From contig JANQHR010000133.1 of NCBI GenBank assembly GCA_028282585.1, positions 1-20,739 of the forward strand: a DNA stretch of 20,739 nt, written 5' to 3'. The DNA is from Bacteroidales bacterium (GTDB lineage: Bacteria; Bacteroidota; Bacteroidia; Bacteroidales; UBA12077). The stretch's first letter is position 1. Every line of letters begins with the position of its first letter. The position numbers and the translations under genes are program-made. This document shows, in pieces, positions 16,387 to 20,739 of this stretch. The notes below the pieces were generated by a model, which did not search any database, was not told the origin of the DNA, and saw only the letters and a list, made by a program, of their open reading frames with translations.

Positions 16387-16641
16387 ATGAAATAACTAAC
16401 AATTAATATTTTAGTAAATTAAAGATATCGAATAATTAAAAGAAAATAAATAAATTTAAATTCGATTGTGAGAAAAACCTTCTGGAAAATGCATTTTCAC
16501 TACGATTGAGTTTCTGAGAAAGCTTATCGATTATCGGCAAATCAATATCTTCCTTTAACATAAAAATAAGTTTCGATTAAGGTCTTGAATCTACGGTAGG
16601 GCTAATTTTAAGTTTTCATTTTTAAACTTAAAACGTATATT

Positions 16642-19428
16642 ATGAAAACAATCAAACTAGTCCTTATTTTTTTACTACTGTCTGGTTTTGCTATGGCCCA
16701 AAATGGGATTATAAAAGGGAGAGTGGTAGACACCGACCAACAGCCTCTTCCAGGTGCTAATATTATTTTAAATAATAGTTTTAGATTGGGAACCGTTTCG
16801 AATGTAAATGGAGAATATTTCTTTAATAGACTTCCTGCAGGTGAATACTCTATTGAGGTAAGTTATATTGGTTTTGCTGGGCAATCACAAACTATTACGA
16901 TTGAGGAGGGAAAAACCTTTGTAGTTAATTTCGAGCTTGAAGCTGGAATTGAACTTGAAGAGGTTGTAATCAACAGCCGTTTAGTTGGTGAATCCAAAGC
17001 GTTAAATACTCAAAAAAACGCTATTAACATCACTAACATTGTATCTTCTGAACAATTGGAAAGATTCCCTGACGCAAACATTGGCGATGCATTAAAACGT
17101 ATTCCTGGTATTAATGTACAATATGATCAGGGGGAAGCACGATTCGGAAATATTCGTGGTACTGCTCCTGAACTAAACTCCATTACTATTAATGGAGAAA
17201 GAATACCTTCAGCAGAAGCAGAAATTCGTTCAGTACAGTTAGACCTTGTTTCTTCTGATATGATTGAAACAGTTGAATATAATAAGGCGGTTACACCGGA
17301 TATGGATGCAGATGCGATTGGAGGTTCGGTAAACCTTATTACAAAGCAGGCACCATATAAATCACAGCTTTCCGGAAAAATAGGTACAGGTTGGAATTTT
17401 GTAGCTGATAAAATGTCTTTCAGAGGAAGCCTATCGTATAGTGATCGCTTTTTAAACGATAAGTTAGGAATGGTATTAGGTCTTTCTGTTTATGATAATA
17501 AGTTAGGATCGGATAATATTGAAGCAGAATGGGATTATGAAGATAATAATAGTAATGATTTATATGATGCGGGAGATGACGTCTACACTTCAGAAATTCA
17601 AAACAGGCAATATTACTTAGAACGTTTTCGTCAAAGTTATTCTGCTTCTTTCGATTATAAATTTAACGAGCGTCATCAGCTTTACTTTAATGGAATTTAT
17701 AATAAAAGAGATGATTGGGAAAATCGTTATAGATTAGAAGTTAAAGACATTGAAGATAATGGTGATGGTACATTTGCAACTGAATTGGTACGTCAAACAA
17801 AATTTGGTATTGAAGATAATAAATACAGTCGTTTGGAAGATCAGCGAATGATGAGCTTTGGCTTAGGTGGTGAACACTTATTTGGTAAAATGAAAATCGA
17901 TTGGATGGCGGCATACTCAAAAGCAAGCGAAGAACGTCCTAATGAAAGATATATTGAGTATGAAGCTGAAGATGATATTATACTTGATTTAAGTAATATG
18001 GAAGAACCTGCATTTACCTATTCTGATCCTGCAAATTATGGAGACTTTACGAGTGCATGGGAATTTGGTGAGCTTACAGAAGAATATCAATATACCGAAG
18101 AAATTGATATGAACTTCCGTTTGAATTTTGAATTACCTTTATTGACAGGTGATTATGCAAATAAGTTAAAATTTGGTGTTCGTTATCGTGGAAAAGAAAA
18201 AAAACGCGATAACTGGTTTAGAGAATATGAACCGGTAGATGAAGATGCTTTTAACGCATTAGTATTAGCCAATTTAGAGGATATCTCTAAAGATGATTTT
18301 ATGGCAGGAGACTACGAATTAGGTCAGTTCGTTGATCGCGAAATTTCTGATAAAATTGATCTTAATAGCGCAGATTTTGATGGAGAACTTGATGAAAGTG
18401 AAGAAGCAGGTGATTTTGATGCCACGGAGGACATTATAGCCGGATATTTAATGTTAACTCAAGATATCAAAGAGAAATTTACAATTATTGCAGGTGTTAG
18501 ATTAGAACAAACGAACTTAGAGTATCAAGGAAAGCAATGGGATAATGATAATGAACTATTAACCTCAACACCCAAAGAAGATGATAGTTACTTAAGCATT
18601 TTGCCAGGTTTACATTTGAATTATGCTTTAAACAAAAACTCTAATGTTCGTTTTGCGTGGACAAATACAATTGCTCGTCCTAACTATTTTGATTTAGTAC
18701 CATATGTTGAAATTGATCGTGACGATAGTGAAATTAAATTTGGTAATCCTGAACTTGAACCAACAAAGTCTATGAACTTTGATTTAATGTACGAATATTT
18801 TTTTAAAAGTATTGGTCTGGCATCAGCAGGTTTTTTCTATAAAGATCTTACAGATGTTATTGGTGCTGAATATCAAAGTGATTACTTATATGGTGCCGAC
18901 ATCTATGACCAAGCCAGAAAACCTGTGAATATTGCTGATGCAACACTTTTTGGAATAGAAGCTGCATTTAGTCGTCGTTTGGATTTTTTACCATCGTTTT
19001 TAAAGAATATTACTTTTTATGGTAACTATACGTATGTAAAATCCAAATTGGATAATATTGAAATATCAGGTCGCGAAGATGATGATATCCCGTTAAGTGG
19101 TTCACCGGAACATACATATAACTTAAGTTTAGCATATGATACAAAGAAACTTGATGTTAGAGTATCATTTAATCATGCCAGTGATTTCTTAAATATTAAC
19201 GATGATGGTGGAATAGGAAGTGAAGCTTTTTATGACGTATATTACGACAAAGTTAATTATTTAGATGTAAATGCTGATTACAGTATAACCGAAAATTGGA
19301 TGGTATATTTAAACGCTAATAATTTATTGAATCAACCATTAAGGACTTACTGGGGAGAATCTGAAAGAACAATGCAAGCCGAGTACTATGGAATTAAATT
19401 TCAGTTAGGATTAAAATTCAAGTTTTAA
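16642..19428 (+). CDS. TonB-dependent receptor (non-SusC type) with N-terminal CarboxypepD_reg-like domain, phytase-associated
   Basis: Signal peptide, IKGRVVD..PLPGANI; plug FPDANIGDALKRIPG..IRG..AIGGSVNL; GNPELEP, NNLLN, terminal Phe. Confidence 0.95.
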   Translation: MKTIKLVLIFLLLSGFAMAQNGIIKGRVVDTDQQPLPGANIILNNSFRLGTVSNVNGEYFFNRLPAGEYSIEVSYIGFAGQSQTITIEEGKTFVVNFELEAGIELEEVVINSRLVGESKALNTQKNAINITNIVSSEQLERFPDANIGDALKRIPGINVQYDQGEARFGNIRGTAPELNSITINGERIPSAEAEIRSVQLDLVSSDMIETVEYNKAVTPDMDADAIGGSVNLITKQAPYKSQLSGKIGTGWNFVADKMSFRGSLSYSDRFLNDKLGMVLGLSVYDNKLGSDNIEAEWDYEDNNSNDLYDAGDDVYTSEIQNRQYYLERFRQSYSASFDYKFNERHQLYFNGIYNKRDDWENRYRLEVKDIEDNGDGTFATELVRQTKFGIEDNKYSRLEDQRMMSFGLGGEHLFGKMKIDWMAAYSKASEERPNERYIEYEAEDDIILDLSNMEEPAFTYSDPANYGDFTSAWEFGELTEEYQYTEEIDMNFRLNFELPLLTGDYANKLKFGVRYRGKEKKRDNWFREYEPVDEDAFNALVLANLEDISKDDFMAGDYELGQFVDREISDKIDLNSADFDGELDESEEAGDFDATEDIIAGYLMLTQDIKEKFTIIAGVRLEQTNLEYQGKQWDNDNELLTSTPKEDDSYLSILPGLHLNYALNKNSNVRFAWTNTIARPNYFDLVPYVEIDRDDSEIKFGNPELEPTKSMNFDLMYEYFFKSIGLASAGFFYKDLTDVIGAEYQSDYLYGADIYDQARKPVNIADATLFGIEAAFSRRLDFLPSFLKNITFYGNYTYVKSKLDNIEISGREDDDIPLSGSPEHTYNLSLAYDTKKLDVRVSFNHASDFLNINDDGGIGSEAFYDVYYDKVNYLDVNADYSITENWMVYLNANNLLNQPLRTYWGESERTMQAEYYGIKFQLGLKFKF

Positions 19429-19447
19429 ATTATTTAGCTAAAATTTT

Positions 19448-19486
19448 AACAGGTTTGTTATATATTGTAAGACAAACCTGTTTTTT
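19448..19486 (+). terminator. Intergenic hairpin with T tail (partial terminator or mRNA-stabilising stem)
   Basis: AACAGGTTTGT (19448-19458) / ACAAACCTGTT (19472-19482) then TTTT, 12 nt before the phytase ATG. Confidence 0.6.
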
Positions 19487-19498
19487 AAATTTATCATT

Positions 19499-20635
19499 AT
19501 GACAAAAAAAATATTATTAATTCTGGTTGTTCCTATTCTGATATTTTCTTGTAAAACTAGGAAAATGAAAGAAGAGGATGTTATGGCAACACAAAGAAAT
19601 ACCGAAGCTCGAGAAGATTCGATAAAAATGGCTGAAGCTTTGCACTTACAAGCAAAGTTTACAAATAGTACAACTGCTGATTTTGAAACCGTTGCTGTAG
19701 AATCACTTGAAGGAGAAGATGCCGCTGATGATCCTGCAATTTGGGTAAATCAAACAAATCCTGAAAAAAGTTTAGTTATAGGCACCAATAAAAAGGCCGG
19801 ATTATATGTTTATGATTTGGAAGGAAATCAACTGCAATTTCTAAAAGTAGGAAATATAAATAATGTGGATATAAGAGATGGTTTCAAATATGGAAAAAAG
19901 GAAGTTGCTTTAGTTGTTGGAAGTAATAGAAGTTTTAACACAATTTCCGTACTTTATATTGATCATGAAACTGGTGTTTTATCAGACACCATAAAAAATA
20001 TTGTTTCTGCTGTTGATGAAGTTTATGGAATATGCATGTATAAAAATAACAATAATGAGTATTTTGTATTTGTAAATGGCAAAGGTGGCCTAATTGAACA
20101 ATGGCAGTTGACTTCAGATAATAAGAATATTAAAGCCGAATTGTTAAGAAGTTTCTCTGTTAGTAGTCAACCCGAAGGTATGGTGGTTGACGATAAAAAA
20201 GGTATTTTATATTTAGGCGTAGAAGAAGAAGGAATATTAAAAACAGATGCTAACACTCAAACAGAAACAATACTGGAATGGATTGCGGAGAGTGATTCAA
20301 CCAATACTGATATTGCTTATGATATTGAAGGATTAGCTTTATATCATACTGAAGAAAAAACTTATTTAGTTGCATCAATTCAGGGAAGCTTTTCATTTGC
20401 AATCTTCGAAACCGGAAATACAGACAAATACTTGACAAGTTTTATAGTTATGGATGGTATTGTTGATGGAATTGAAGAAACAGATGGAATTGATATTGTA
20501 AATGCATCTTTAAATGATAAATTCCCCAAAGGATTATTTGTTGCTCAAGATGGCTTTAATTACGAAGGTGATTCTATGATAAACCAGAACTTTAAGTATG
20601 TTTCTTGGGAAAAAATCGAAAAGTTTATCAAATAG
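19499..20635 (+). CDS. Beta-propeller 3-phytase, lipoprotein
   Basis: Lipobox IFSC; DAADDPAIW, GTNKK.GL..YDL.G, NNVD, YG.CMY, PEG...DD, DIEGL, ETDG, QDG.N, QNFK. Confidence 0.93.
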   Translation: MTKKILLILVVPILIFSCKTRKMKEEDVMATQRNTEAREDSIKMAEALHLQAKFTNSTTADFETVAVESLEGEDAADDPAIWVNQTNPEKSLVIGTNKKAGLYVYDLEGNQLQFLKVGNINNVDIRDGFKYGKKEVALVVGSNRSFNTISVLYIDHETGVLSDTIKNIVSAVDEVYGICMYKNNNNEYFVFVNGKGGLIEQWQLTSDNKNIKAELLRSFSVSSQPEGMVVDDKKGILYLGVEEEGILKTDANTQTETILEWIAESDSTNTDIAYDIEGLALYHTEEKTYLVASIQGSFSFAIFETGNTDKYLTSFIVMDGIVDGIEETDGIDIVNASLNDKFPKGLFVAQDGFNYEGDSMINQNFKYVSWEKIEKFIK

Positions 20636-20642
20636 GATATAA

Positions 20643-20739
20643 GGGGGTGTCCAAAAAGTCTTAGTGTTCTTTGTGCCTGCTTTGTGAAACTTTGTGGTAT
20701 AATTATAAAAGGCTGTTACACAGAGAACCACAAAGAAGA
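20643..20739. repeat. Palindromic heptamer-array element (REP/MITE-like), truncated by the window end
   Basis: CTTAGTG 20660, CTTTGTG 20669/20680/20690, then inverted CACAGAG 20719 and CACAAAG 20729; preceded by GGGGGTGTCCAAAAAGT. Confidence 0.65.

Noticed and set aside
1414-20438. Short alternative-frame or antisense ORFs (1414, 2495, 4664, 5592, 5693, 7973, 8204, 9752, 10407, 12664, 13159, 16074, 17741, 20250)
   Set aside because: All overlap well-supported genes and show no recognisable motifs; treated as shadow ORFs.
20534-20731. 65-aa minus-strand ORF with TTK/TK repeats
   Set aside because: Translation of the heptamer array plus antisense phytase sequence.
20660-20735. CRISPR array or RAG-type RSS heptamers
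   Set aside because: Units are 7 bp with 2-4 nt spacers, there are no cas genes and no nonamer; similarity to CACAGTG is treated as coincidental.

Overview
AT-rich (roughly 30% GC by eye) Bacteroidota chromosomal window, judged from a T9SS cargo protein, TAnnTTTG-type promoters and A-rich leaders. Gene order: 3' part of a very large acidic T9SS surface protein (open from the window edge); a convergent ECF sigma / ZAS anti-sigma / Spy-CpxP-like trio; a DUF1338 (HglS-like) gene; a GH3 + serine-hydrolase fusion; a lipoprotein - GH31 - M90 peptidase run behind a LacI-type palindrome; perR-like - bfr - peroxiredoxin; TonB-dependent receptor - beta-propeller phytase; and the start of a heptamer-repeat palindromic element at the right edge. 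I saw no rRNA, tRNA, CRISPR or transposase. Most genes belong to known families, and I cannot show that anything here is a new system. The strongest leads are a consistent inter-domain cysteine pairing pattern in the surface protein, a duplicated ECF promoter motif, a TraB/Tiki-like lipoprotein inside a sugar-regulated operon, and the terminal repeat element. All family calls come from motif recognition, not database searches.
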